Origin: Microgenomates group bacterium
Lineage (GTDB): Bacteria; Patescibacteriota; Microgenomatia; UBA1400; MFAQ01
Length of the DNA stretch: 64,000 nucleotides
Assembly (NCBI GenBank): GCA_049303575.1
Contig: JBAQNH010000002.1
Location: 180,717 to 244,716 of the forward strand
Direction: 5' to 3'
This document shows positions 1 through 9,420 of this stretch, in pieces. A program made the position numbers and the translations under genes. Every line of letters starts with the position of its first letter. Positions within the stretch are counted from its first letter, which is position 1. The notes below the pieces were generated by a model that searched no databases, was not told where the DNA came from, and was given only the letters and a program-made list of their open reading frames with translations.

Positions 1-2
1 GC

Positions 3-620
3 GTCATTCCCGCCAATCTTTTTGGAAAAACCATCGAAAGCCAATCCATTCAGGTCAATGGTGTTGAATTCAATCGTATTTATAAAGAGGCCGGTGAAAC
101 CAGTCTTATTTACGTCAATGTCGAAGGTGAAGACAAAGAGCGACCCACCCTTGTTACCTCCGTTCACTTCAACCCCATTACCGGAGATAAACTCCACATC
201 GATTTTCACCAGGTTAATCTTAAAGAAAAAGTTACCGCCAACGTTCCGGTCGAAATTATTGGTGAATCAGAACTCGTCAACTCCAACGAAGCCGTTCTCT
301 CTCAATCTCTCAACGAAATTGAAATTGAGGCTCTACCTACCGAGATTCCTGAAAGTATTACCTTCGACATTAGTTCACTCAAAGCCATTGGTGATCACCT
401 CTTGGTCTCCGATGCCAAAGTGTCTGCCGATGTCGAAATTAAAACAGATCCAGAACAAATGGTTGTCTCTCTCCAAGAACCTATGAAAGAGGAAGTCATT
501 CCTGTCGAAGAAGTTCCTGAGGATGCCACCGGAGCAGAAACACCTGCCGAAGGTGAAGCCGTGGAAGGCGAGAAACCTGCCGAAGGTGAAGCCAAACAAG
601 AGGAACCATCCAAAGAATAA
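3..620 (+). CDS. rplY: 50S ribosomal protein L25 / general stress protein Ctc, 5'-partial (runs off window start)
   Basis: In-frame translation from nt 3 gives ...GKTIESQSIQVNGVEFNRIYKEAGETSLIYVNVEGEDKERPTLVTSVHFNPITGDKLHIDFHQVNL..., a typical L25/Ctc beta-barrel sequence, followed by an acidic E/P/A-rich tail. Stop at 618-620. Confidence 0.8.
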   Translation, partial: VIPANLFGKTIESQSIQVNGVEFNRIYKEAGETSLIYVNVEGEDKERPTLVTSVHFNPITGDKLHIDFHQVNLKEKVTANVPVEIIGESELVNSNEAVLSQSLNEIEIEALPTEIPESITFDISSLKAIGDHLLVSDAKVSADVEIKTDPEQMVVSLQEPMKEEVIPVEEVPEDATGAETPAEGEAVEGEKPAEGEAKQEEPSKE

Positions 621-643
621 GAATAATAATATTATTGAACTAG

Positions 644-668
644 AAAAGGCGCCCCTCGGCGCCTTTTT
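644..668. terminator. Bidirectional rho-independent terminator between rplY (+) and valS (-)
   Basis: aaaaGGCGCCcctcGGCGCCttttt: 6-bp GC stem, 4-nt loop, A-run on one side and T-run on the other, between two convergent genes. Confidence 0.7.
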
Positions 669-684
669 AGTATCTGTCAAATTT

Positions 685-2736
685 TTATTTCGGCCACGAA
701 TAGGAAATCAGTGGTCCTTCATCTTCAAACATCTCCTGCCAGATTGCTTCAGTGACAAAAGGTACGAAAGGATGTAGCAGGGTGAGCATTGTTTTATATC
801 CTTCTTTCAATACCACGTCACTCACTCTTTTTTGTTTATTCATTTCGATACCCTCATCACAAAACCAATGCCAGAACTCGTTGTATACCGTCTCAGACGC
901 CAACCCCACCTTCATCTGGTCAAGGAGCTTAGTCACTTCTTTTGAAACCGTAGAAAGCTTATTTTTAAAATCATCATCACCCTCGCTCTTTGCCACAACC
1001 TCCTCTTTTGGTTTTTCTGTTATATACCTTCCCGCATTCCAGATTTTATTACCAAAGTTTCTCATTCCTCGCACTTTGTTTTCTCCGGTATTACTATCCT
1101 GTCCGGCAGTCGTGCTCATCACCAAAGCCATACGCAGAGAATCAGTCCCATACTTTGTGCACAGTTCAAGGGGATTAATGGCATTTCCTACACTTTTGCT
1201 CATTTTTCTTCCCTGCTCATCACGCACTAGTCCGTGCAAATAAACATATTTAAAAGGTGATTTTCCTGTTAAATAAATTGACAACAACATCATTCTCATT
1301 ACCCAGAAGGGGAGAATATCATATGCCGTTTCCATTACACTGGTTGGATAATAAGCTTCAAAGTCTTTTGACTTGTTTGTTTTAAGCGTTACCACCGGCC
1401 ATTGCCCGGAAGAAAACCAGGTATCAAAAGTATCTGTTTCTTGAATATATCCCTCGCCAGGAGAAGACTCCGCTACTACATAGTCGGTTTTATTTTCATC
1501 TTTATACCAAACTGGGATTCTAATGCCCCAAACAATCTGTCGACTAATATTCCAGTCACGAAGATTTAAAAGCCAATGGCGCAAAATTTTATCCCTTCCG
1601 GCTCCCAAAATTACTGTTTCTTTCGAGTCCAGAGCCTTCAGAGCTTTGTCGGCCAAAGGTTTAACTTTAATAAAGAACTGTTTGATTGGTAGAGGTTCAA
1701 TAACCCGATGGCAACGGTAACAAATGCCGACGCTGTGAATATATGGTTTTACTTCAACTAATTTATCTCCCAAATCGGCAATTATTTTTTCTCTTGCGGC
1801 ACTCGTCGACATCCCCGCAAATTCTCCGGCCGCATCCGTAATTTTTCCATTTGTACCAATTACGGTAATCACTTCTAATTTATGTTTTACTCCCACTTCC
1901 CAATCATTAGGATCATGTGCCGGGGTAATTTTTACCGCTCCGGTACCAAACTCCATGTCTACCATTTCATCTCCAACTATCGGAATTTCTCGGTTAATCA
2001 ATGGTACGATTACGGATTTTCCAATCAAGTGACTATATCTTTTATCCTTTGGATTCACCGCTACCGCCGTGTCTCCAAGCATTGTCTCTGGTCTGGTAGT
2101 TGCCACCTTCAACAAACCATAATCTATGGTATATAGCTTATCTTCTCTCTCTTCATGTTCCACTTCCAACTCGGAATAAGCCGTGCCACATCTCGTACAA
2201 TAATTCACCAATTTTTCGGCTCGATAAACTAAACCATCCTCATGTAACTTTTTAAAAGTCTTTATTACTTCCTCAACAATTTCCGGATCCAGTGTAAATT
2301 TATATCTACTCCAGTCCGCACTAGCTCCCAGTTTTTTCATCTGGTTCAGGGCCACTCCGGTATTTTCTTGAACATAATCCCAGATCATTTTGTACAAAGT
2401 CTCGCGATCAAAATCAAATCTACTTTTACCTTCTTTAGACAGCTTCTTCTCAAATACAAACTGAGTTTCAACGCCCGCATGATCTGTTCCGGGAAGCCAC
2501 AAAGCCGCCTCACCTTTCATTCGGTGATAGCGAATGAAAATATCTTCCACCGTTACAAACATCGCGTGTCCAATGTGCAAAGGATCATTTGCATTCGGGG
2601 GAGGCATAATAATAGTAAATGGCTTCTTGCCACTCTTAATTAATTCTTCTCCTGTCGGGGGAGTAAAGACACCACTTTCCTCCCAAGTTTTGTAGATTTT
2701 ATCTTCGAACTGTGTATGATCGTAATTTTTCTGCAT
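685..2736 (-). CDS. valS: Valyl-tRNA synthetase (compact, 683 aa)
   Basis: HIGH-type motif PPPNANDPLHIGHA, KMSKS motif (KMSKSVGN), ValRS-like TPAHDPNDWEVG and the anticodon-binding region. It lacks the long C-terminal coiled coil of canonical ValRS. Confidence 0.85.
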   Translation of the reverse strand: MQKNYDHTQFEDKIYKTWEESGVFTPPTGEELIKSGKKPFTIIMPPPNANDPLHIGHAMFVTVEDIFIRYHRMKGEAALWLPGTDHAGVETQFVFEKKLSKEGKSRFDFDRETLYKMIWDYVQENTGVALNQMKKLGASADWSRYKFTLDPEIVEEVIKTFKKLHEDGLVYRAEKLVNYCTRCGTAYSELEVEHEEREDKLYTIDYGLLKVATTRPETMLGDTAVAVNPKDKRYSHLIGKSVIVPLINREIPIVGDEMVDMEFGTGAVKITPAHDPNDWEVGVKHKLEVITVIGTNGKITDAAGEFAGMSTSAAREKIIADLGDKLVEVKPYIHSVGICYRCHRVIEPLPIKQFFIKVKPLADKALKALDSKETVILGAGRDKILRHWLLNLRDWNISRQIVWGIRIPVWYKDENKTDYVVAESSPGEGYIQETDTFDTWFSSGQWPVVTLKTNKSKDFEAYYPTSVMETAYDILPFWVMRMMLLSIYLTGKSPFKYVYLHGLVRDEQGRKMSKSVGNAINPLELCTKYGTDSLRMALVMSTTAGQDSNTGENKVRGMRNFGNKIWNAGRYITEKPKEEVVAKSEGDDDFKNKLSTVSKEVTKLLDQMKVGLASETVYNEFWHWFCDEGIEMNKQKRVSDVVLKEGYKTMLTLLHPFVPFVTEAIWQEMFEDEGPLISYSWPK

Positions 2737-2804
2737 TTACTCCTTGATTTTATCATCACTCACGCTACATTCAGCCCCTTTATTTGTTCTTTCGTAGAAA
2801 ATCC

Positions 2805-3836
2805 TTAAACCGTCGCCACACTTGGGTCTGGCCTTAAACTTACTGGTTTTACCTCGCGAGGAGCAATTATCGCGGCTACCCCCACCATTGCCGCGTTGTC
2901 TCCACAATATCTAAGTTCCGGACAAAAGAATTTAACCCCCTCAACTCCTTCAACTGCCATTTTTAAACCTTCTCTCAGCTGTTTATTTGCTGCTACTCCA
3001 CCAGCCATCAGTACACTTTTTGGTTTGTACTTCTCCACCGCCATCATTGTTTTTTTAACTAATATCTCAATTACAGCTTCCGAAAACTCCCACGCCAACA
3101 TATCACGTGTTTCTTCTTCAACAGTCCCCAAAGCCGTGATTGTTTTGGAAATTGCCGCTTTCAGACCAGAAAAACTCATATCTAAATTATTTTCATTAAG
3201 AAGTGGTCTGGGTAATTTAAATTTTGTTCCAAATTTTTCTTTCATTTGCACCGTCACTCTTTCTACTGCCTTGGAAATCTCTGGCCCACCAGGATAGGGA
3301 AGACCCAATAATCTCGCCGCTTTATCAAAAGCTTCTCCGACAGCATCATCACGAGTTCCCCCAATCCACTCCCAGTCTTTAGTATTTTTCATCAATATCA
3401 AGTCGGTGTGTCCACCACTCACCACTAACCCTACCGCGGGGAACATCGGTACTTCGGTCGTTTTATCTTCGACTATCCAGTTGGCAAAAACATGTGCCGC
3501 CATGTGATTCACCGAGTAAAGTGGCTTCTTCCACGCCCAAGACAAAGCCTTTGCCGACTCTACCCCCACCAACAGACTCCCCATTAATCCTGGACCAAAA
3601 CTAACCGCAATCCCTTGAATTGAGTCTTTATTTTCTCCGACGGACTCGGTAACTACTGGAATTATACTTTTGATCTGTTCGCGTGCCGCCACCTCCGGTA
3701 CAATACCACCATATTTTTGGTGCATCAATACCGAGCTTGCCACCACACTATTAAGTATTTTTACTCCTCCTCCACAGTTTTCCACGACCGCCGCCGCCGT
3801 TTCGTCACAAGTACTTTCGATAGCTAAAACTTTCAT
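2805..3836 (-). CDS. tsaD: tRNA N6-adenosine threonylcarbamoyltransferase TsaD (Kae1/YgjD family)
   Basis: MKVLAIESTCDETAAAV..., GGHTDL, SFSGLK and ...AGGVAAN motifs typical of TsaD. Confidence 0.9.
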   Translation of the reverse strand: MKVLAIESTCDETAAAVVENCGGGVKILNSVVASSVLMHQKYGGIVPEVAAREQIKSIIPVVTESVGENKDSIQGIAVSFGPGLMGSLLVGVESAKALSWAWKKPLYSVNHMAAHVFANWIVEDKTTEVPMFPAVGLVVSGGHTDLILMKNTKDWEWIGGTRDDAVGEAFDKAARLLGLPYPGGPEISKAVERVTVQMKEKFGTKFKLPRPLLNENNLDMSFSGLKAAISKTITALGTVEEETRDMLAWEFSEAVIEILVKKTMMAVEKYKPKSVLMAGGVAANKQLREGLKMAVEGVEGVKFFCPELRYCGDNAAMVGVAAIIAPREVKPVSLRPDPSVATV

Positions 3837-3887
3837 CCCCTTATTTTAACCCAGATTGAAGCAAATTAAATCAAAATTAATCAAACC

Positions 3888-5603
3888 TTAAATTCTTGTC
3901 CCCTTAAGATATATTGCCCGCCAAGGTTGATAGTTACTATAAAAAGTCTTTTCAAATAATGTTTCGTCTCCCTTAGTCACCTTGTAATTAAAAGACACTT
4001 TTGCTCCCCAAGCTGACCAGTCAATTTGTTTCATTTGTCCAAGGGGAAGAGTAGGGTCATCAACATACAGAGTTGCCGGTGGCGGAGTTTGTGAGGAAAT
4101 TTTTGGAACGGAAATACTCGCCACCCTACCATCTTTTGTTCCATAAATCTGCACACTCATATTCATATTTTTTGTGTCAACTTTGGTTTGTATTAGGATA
4201 TGATTTCCTGTATCATTCAAAAACTTTAAATCTGCGGTAGGGTTGTACACCGTTGCATCAATTCCCGGCTTACTATCTTGTTCATAATAACCTACTCGAT
4301 AAGCATGCGCCTTTCTCTCAGTGATTGTGAGCCCTGCATTAAGAGCTGCTCTAAACACCGTTGTCGATACTTGACACACCCCACCTCCATCACCTAACAC
4401 CGTTTTTCCTCCACTGATAATGTACGCTGACTGATATCCCGATGCCTTTGAAATATCCCCGACAGCACTATTAAACGAAAATTCTTCACCCGGAGCAACT
4501 ATCGTGCTATTTATTCTCGACGCTGCCAAATTAACATTAAATACTCTTCCTGGAATTGAATGAGAAAACAACGATTTACCCTCTCCAATTAACTCTTTAA
4601 TGCCTAGATTATTTATATCCCCGGCCTTAATTTTTGGGTAAGAAAGAATTACTGGAATTTCTAAAGTCTCACTACTAGCCGTCAGCAAAATCTCAGCCAG
4701 CTTCTCATTGAAAGCAGGAACATCAATTACTCTTCCCACGACTTCGGGTTTAAACTCTAGAACCTTTCCCTCTTCAAATCTAAAAACTGCGTCCTTGGAC
4801 TCTGTTTCCACCAACTGTTGTATTCTTGCTAATAAATTTCCAAACTGATCTTTATTCACAGTCTCTCTTGTCAGTCCATAAAGAGCCACCATCTCCTCTC
4901 GACTAAGACTTGTTTCAAAACTTTCCTGTTTCAGTATTAATTTCTTCTCCCCCCACTTGTTTATAGAATCAATTGCCTTGTCCACCAACTCTTTGTTTTC
5001 CTTTGCTGAAATGACCACTTTGGGTACATCAATAATCTGTTTATCCGGCAGCGACCAACCCTCAACGATCTTACCTATAAGCTGGAGTTTATCTATCTCC
5101 AAGCCATCTTTACCTGATACAGCAACTATTTTATCTTTTTCGACGACTAATTTTGGCCAAACAGGTTTCTGATTAAAGTCAGTTGCCAGTTGATCGACAT
5201 ATCCCTCCAAATCATCTTTTTCATAACTAATCGGCACCGAAATATTTCTTGGAGAATAAATTGTTTTTAACTGTTCGGATACCTGAGTTAATATATTTCC
5301 GTTTCTTCCCACCGAATATGCTTGTTCGACTGCCCAATTGAAGTCTCGTTCCACCTTGATCTCATCTAATTTATTAATCTCTTTTTCATTAACTCTTAAG
5401 ATCACACTATTGGGATTTGTTGAAAAATATTTACTAACAAGTTTTAGAGCCGTTATTTTATCCATTCCACCCACTCCGATACCGGCTACGGACACTTTGG
5501 GGAAAATTAAATTTCTGAAAGCCAGTCTATACCCCGTAAAAGCGGCACTAATTACTAAAATACATATCGCAAAAATCCAGATGATGTTTTTAAATTTATT
5601 CAT
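3888..5603 (-). CDS. VanW-family protein with N-terminal TM anchor
   Basis: N-terminal hydrophobic helix. C-terminal block GGGVCQVSTTVFRAALNAGLTITERKAHAYRVGYY is the VanW signature. Confidence 0.7.
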   Translation of the reverse strand: MNKFKNIIWIFAICILVISAAFTGYRLAFRNLIFPKVSVAGIGVGGMDKITALKLVSKYFSTNPNSVILRVNEKEINKLDEIKVERDFNWAVEQAYSVGRNGNILTQVSEQLKTIYSPRNISVPISYEKDDLEGYVDQLATDFNQKPVWPKLVVEKDKIVAVSGKDGLEIDKLQLIGKIVEGWSLPDKQIIDVPKVVISAKENKELVDKAIDSINKWGEKKLILKQESFETSLSREEMVALYGLTRETVNKDQFGNLLARIQQLVETESKDAVFRFEEGKVLEFKPEVVGRVIDVPAFNEKLAEILLTASSETLEIPVILSYPKIKAGDINNLGIKELIGEGKSLFSHSIPGRVFNVNLAASRINSTIVAPGEEFSFNSAVGDISKASGYQSAYIISGGKTVLGDGGGVCQVSTTVFRAALNAGLTITERKAHAYRVGYYEQDSKPGIDATVYNPTADLKFLNDTGNHILIQTKVDTKNMNMSVQIYGTKDGRVASISVPKISSQTPPPATLYVDDPTLPLGQMKQIDWSAWGAKVSFNYKVTKGDETLFEKTFYSNYQPWRAIYLKGTRI

Positions 5604-5668
5604 TCTTGCTATACTCTAATACAGTGTCATTCGTAATCCAACTCTACTATTTTAGCTGATATTTTTAT

Positions 5669-7138
5669 ATGGACAACCAATTTCCAATTCCAGGCCCATC
5701 TGTACCAGGGGAAACCACTCCACTACCCACCCCCGAAGAAGCTGCTCCAACACCCCCAAGCTATCAAGCCCCAGTCTCTGTCAAGCCTCCTGTAGTCAAA
5801 CCCTCACCTCTTAAAATTATTCTTCCTCTTCTCGCGGGAATTCTTGTTATTGGTTTAATTGTCTATGGCCTAACCAAATTTATCGGTTCTAGAGCACCTT
5901 CGGAGTCTATTACCACGGGACAAACCGTTACCTTGACATACTACGGACTTTGGGAACCATCTTCCGTGATGAAACCACTAATTGATGAATTTGAAACTCA
6001 AAATCCCGGTATCAAAATTAGTTACCAGCTTCAGTCGCCTCAAGACTACCAAGATCGCCTCAAAACAGCCCTTGAAGGCCAAAACTCTCCTGATATTGTC
6101 AGGCTGCACTCTACCTGGCTTCCTCTTTTTGCAAAAAATCTTTTTCCTGCTCCTGCCAACTCTGTCTCAGCCACCGAAATCTCCACCAATTTTTACCCCA
6201 TCGTTGCCAAGATGTTAGTTTCCGGCACACAGGTTTATGGAGTTCCCCTGACCATGGACGGACTGGTGCTTTTTATGAACAACTCCATGTTTCAACAAAA
6301 ATCTCTCCTACCCCCCAAAACCTGGGAAGATGTTTTGTCTGCCGCCAAATCTCTCAAGGAAGTTGATCCTCTTACCGGCAAGTTAAATCGTGCCGGAATT
6401 GCCCTTGGTAATACCGGAAATGTTGATCACTGGCCGGATATTGTTAGTCTTATGCTCCTTCAGGCAGGAGTCAAACTAACCGACATCAAGGGTGCGGAGG
6501 CTTCCGCCACTCTAACTTACTACACCGATTTTGTTACCAAACACCGTGTTTGGGACGACACCCTGCCTCCTTCCACCGTTGCCTTTGCCAACGAAAAGGT
6601 TGCCATGATTATCGCCCCTCTTTGGAGGGCTCCTGAAATAAAAGCCATCAACCCCTCCCTTTCTTGGCAAACGGTTACCGTTCCCCAGCTTCCGGACTCG
6701 GATATTGTCAACTGGACCTCTTTTTGGTTTGAAGCCGTTGCTAAAAATAGCAAGCACCCTCAAGAGGCCTGGAAATTTATTAGTTTCTTAGCTTCGGCCA
6801 AAGCCCAACAACTTCTCTTCGATGCCGCAGCTACAGATAGAGAGTATCCCCAAGCCCCTGCCAATAAAGCCGTTGCTTCACTTGCCCAAAACAATCCCGT
6901 TGTTTCTCCCTTTGTCACTAGTCTTGAAACTGCTCATACTTTTTATACCGCCAGTAATACCAGAGACGCCAAAACGGCACTTAACTCTCGCCTAATTAAA
7001 TACCTGGAAGATGCTGTTAATGCCGTCTCTCAGAACCAAGATGTAGCCAAGGCTCTGATAACTCTAAACAGTGGCTTTGCTCAGGTTTTATCCCAGTATG
7101 GTTTAGTTGCAGCCCCCGTTGCCACCACCACTCCCTAA
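5669..7138 (+). CDS. Extracellular solute-binding protein (ABC transporter family 1 SBP-like), membrane-anchored with Pro-rich cytoplasmic N-terminus
   Basis: About 45 aa P/T-rich leader, then a TM helix (ILPLLAGILVIGLIVYGL), then an SBP-like domain (YYGLWEP..., GVPLTMDGLVLFMN...). Confidence 0.55.
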   Translation: MDNQFPIPGPSVPGETTPLPTPEEAAPTPPSYQAPVSVKPPVVKPSPLKIILPLLAGILVIGLIVYGLTKFIGSRAPSESITTGQTVTLTYYGLWEPSSVMKPLIDEFETQNPGIKISYQLQSPQDYQDRLKTALEGQNSPDIVRLHSTWLPLFAKNLFPAPANSVSATEISTNFYPIVAKMLVSGTQVYGVPLTMDGLVLFMNNSMFQQKSLLPPKTWEDVLSAAKSLKEVDPLTGKLNRAGIALGNTGNVDHWPDIVSLMLLQAGVKLTDIKGAEASATLTYYTDFVTKHRVWDDTLPPSTVAFANEKVAMIIAPLWRAPEIKAINPSLSWQTVTVPQLPDSDIVNWTSFWFEAVAKNSKHPQEAWKFISFLASAKAQQLLFDAAATDREYPQAPANKAVASLAQNNPVVSPFVTSLETAHTFYTASNTRDAKTALNSRLIKYLEDAVNAVSQNQDVAKALITLNSGFAQVLSQYGLVAAPVATTTP

Positions 7139-7141
7139 GTC

Positions 7142-7960
7142 ATGAATTTAGCCGCCGCCGTTGCTAAAACCATTGCCTACGGAGGTTATTTCAATTTCCC
7201 CCTTTCTCTCGAGGAAATTCACTTTTGGTTAATTTCTCCTCGTTTGGTACCCAAATCATTAATCAAAAAATACATAACCACCCTCAAGCCCAAGGACATA
7301 AAACTTAAAAAAAATCTTTTGGCAAACACCAAACAAAAGGAAATAATTGCACTCAAGCTTCTCAAATTTATCCGCCTATTTCCCTTCATTCGCCTCATTG
7401 CTTTTACCGGTTCTGTTGCCGCCAATAATACTAAAAAAAACGACGACCTTGATTTATTAATCATTACGGAACCAAATACCCTTTGGTTTACCCGACCCCT
7501 ACTTCTACTTCTTCTTTCCTTAGTTTTTAATCGTCGTCACCCGGGGGATAACTCTTCAAAAAAAACAAAAAATGCTTTCTGCCCCAATCTTTGGCTTGAC
7601 ACGCTTTCTCTTACCGTGCCCAAAAAACGCCAAAATATTTACACTGCCCATGAAGTTCTCCAGGTGAGACCTTTGTTTGACAGGGGAGATACCTATCAGA
7701 ACTTTATTAGGTCCAATCGCTGGACCAGTCGCTATTTAGCCAATGCCTACCACAAACTGTCTGCTGGAAAATACCCCAAAAAGAACTCGAGTCCTTTATT
7801 TTTTTTCATCGCCTCTCTTAATTACCTGTTGTTTATACTTCAATACCTCTACATGCTTCCCAAAAAAACCACCGAATCTGTTTCCCTTCATGCAGCCTAC
7901 TTCCACAAGAATGATCTTTCACTTGTCCTGACCAATTATCTCAAAACCAACTCGTTATAA
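7142..7960 (+). CDS. Hypothetical protein with nucleotidyltransferase-like motif
   Basis: Segment FTGSVAANNTKKNDDLDLLII resembles the GS...DxD motif of Pol-beta-superfamily nucleotidyltransferases. The rest is unassigned. Confidence 0.35.
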   Translation: MNLAAAVAKTIAYGGYFNFPLSLEEIHFWLISPRLVPKSLIKKYITTLKPKDIKLKKNLLANTKQKEIIALKLLKFIRLFPFIRLIAFTGSVAANNTKKNDDLDLLIITEPNTLWFTRPLLLLLLSLVFNRRHPGDNSSKKTKNAFCPNLWLDTLSLTVPKKRQNIYTAHEVLQVRPLFDRGDTYQNFIRSNRWTSRYLANAYHKLSAGKYPKKNSSPLFFFIASLNYLLFILQYLYMLPKKTTESVSLHAAYFHKNDLSLVLTNYLKTNSL

Positions 7961-7971
7961 TTACCTTAATA

Positions 7972-8778
7972 ATGGAAATCTTTACCACTTACTTCTACCA
8001 ACCATTTTTCAATATTTTAGTTGGTCTTTACTGGCTAGTTGGACAAGTTTTACCCAATCCGGACATGGGCATCGCCGTTATTTTATTTGCCGTTTCCGTT
8101 CGCCTCATTCTCTTGCCTGTTGATCTGGCCGGCGACCGCTCCGCCGAGGACAAGTACGAAATTGCCAAAAAGATAAAACAATTAAAAAAGGATTTGGCTT
8201 CTGATCCAATTCGTCTTAAAGCCGAAACTCGTCGGATTATGCGTACTCGCCCCGGCGCCATTATCTCGGAAATCATCAATGTCGTCATCCAAGTCATGGT
8301 CATTCTCATGCTTTATCGTATTTTTACCACCGGCCTAGAAGGTGCCGATCTCCACTTGCTCTACAAATTCATGCCCAAGATTCAAACACCCATCGACCTT
8401 ATGTTTCTGGGAATATATGACCTATCTCACACCAATAGTTCCCTAAACGTCCTTCAGAGTTTAATGATTGCCGCCAACGAAGCTATGCACCTTTATTTTT
8501 CTCCGGTTAAACCCGACAAAAAAGACTTCGTTTCCCTGGTTATCATTTTTCCCATTTTTTGTTTTATCATTTTTATGTTCCTCCCTGCCGGCAAAAAGGT
8601 CTATATCATTACTTCAATTGCCTTCACGATGGTTGTCCGTTTAGTCAGACAGCTTCTCTATCTTTACTACTCTCTCTCCAAAAAAACAGCCCTCGAAACT
8701 GCCACGGACTCGTCTCCTGAGGCAGGAACCCCTCTTTCTTCATTGCCGACTCCAACTTCACCTGAAAAGACGATATAA
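7972..8778 (+). CDS. yidC: YidC/Oxa1-family membrane protein insertase (short Gram-positive type)
   Basis: FFNILVGLYWLVG...GIAVILFAVSVRLILLPV core and multiple TM segments, with a Ser/Pro/Thr-rich C-terminal tail. Confidence 0.75.
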   Translation: MEIFTTYFYQPFFNILVGLYWLVGQVLPNPDMGIAVILFAVSVRLILLPVDLAGDRSAEDKYEIAKKIKQLKKDLASDPIRLKAETRRIMRTRPGAIISEIINVVIQVMVILMLYRIFTTGLEGADLHLLYKFMPKIQTPIDLMFLGIYDLSHTNSSLNVLQSLMIAANEAMHLYFSPVKPDKKDFVSLVIIFPIFCFIIFMFLPAGKKVYIITSIAFTMVVRLVRQLLYLYYSLSKKTALETATDSSPEAGTPLSSLPTPTSPEKTI

Positions 8779-8789
8779 TATGGAAAGCT

Positions 8790-9401
8790 ATGGCAGATTT
8801 TGATAAATTGGTTGTTTCCTTCCTCGTTGACGAAATCGTCGGCGGTTTTTTCATTTCCGTTCCTCCAGGACACGTTGCCTGTGTTTATGATCGCGGACTC
8901 GGTGTTCTCAAGCGCGTTTGGGGTCCCGGACTTCATCTTAAGATTCCTTTTTGGCAAATAGCCAAACTTTTTAATGCTCAAATTCTTGAGTACACCATTC
9001 GCCACGGCTTTGATCTTTCTCAAAAAGAGTCTCTCGGTGATGAACCTATTACCGCTAACACCAAGGACAATAAAACCATCTCCATCGAAGGCTCGGTTCT
9101 TTTTAAGCTCGATAAAGCCAACGCCCCAGAGCTCTGGGAAAACATCGGCGACAACTTCATTTCCAAAGTTGTCCGTCCCTATTCCAGAAGTCGTATTTCT
9201 TCTGCTTTTAGTCAGTTTGATCACACCGAAATTGGTCCGGAACGAACTCAAATTGAAAACACCATCAAAAACGAACTGAACAAACTTTTTGAAGACAAAG
9301 GTCTCATCATTGAGAATGTTCTTTTTTCCGAAGTAAAAATTGTTGATACAGGCTCCAAACAGCCAGTTCAAACCATACTTTCTACCCCCGCGACCGTCTA
9401 G
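8790..9401 (+). CDS. SPFH/band-7 (prohibitin/stomatin-like) domain protein
   Basis: VPPGHVACVYDRGLGVLKRVWGPGLHLKIPFWQ is a typical SPFH-domain start. Confidence 0.6.
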   Translation: MADFDKLVVSFLVDEIVGGFFISVPPGHVACVYDRGLGVLKRVWGPGLHLKIPFWQIAKLFNAQILEYTIRHGFDLSQKESLGDEPITANTKDNKTISIEGSVLFKLDKANAPELWENIGDNFISKVVRPYSRSRISSAFSQFDHTEIGPERTQIENTIKNELNKLFEDKGLIIENVLFSEVKIVDTGSKQPVQTILSTPATV

Positions 9402-9420
9402 TTTTGTATATACTTATCCT

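Noticed and set aside
375-1243. Multiple 60-160-aa ORFs antisense or out of frame inside rplY and valS (for example 375-680 -, 752-1243 +, 990-1178 +)
   Set aside because: They lie wholly within well-supported conserved genes, have low-complexity or hydrophobic nonsense translations and no start-site signals. They are treated as spurious, as are similar antisense ORFs inside groEL, gap, dnaK, the helicases and the surface-protein genes.
9340-9420. Upstream extension of the TraD-NUDIX ORF (track start 9340) and of pgk (track start 16193)
   Set aside because: The extensions begin at non-ATG codons and overlap neighbouring genes, or a convergent gene in the case of pgk. Conserved N-termini (MALPKYSVLQ...; MLTKEQIQNKNVLLRADLDVP) begin at internal ATGs.
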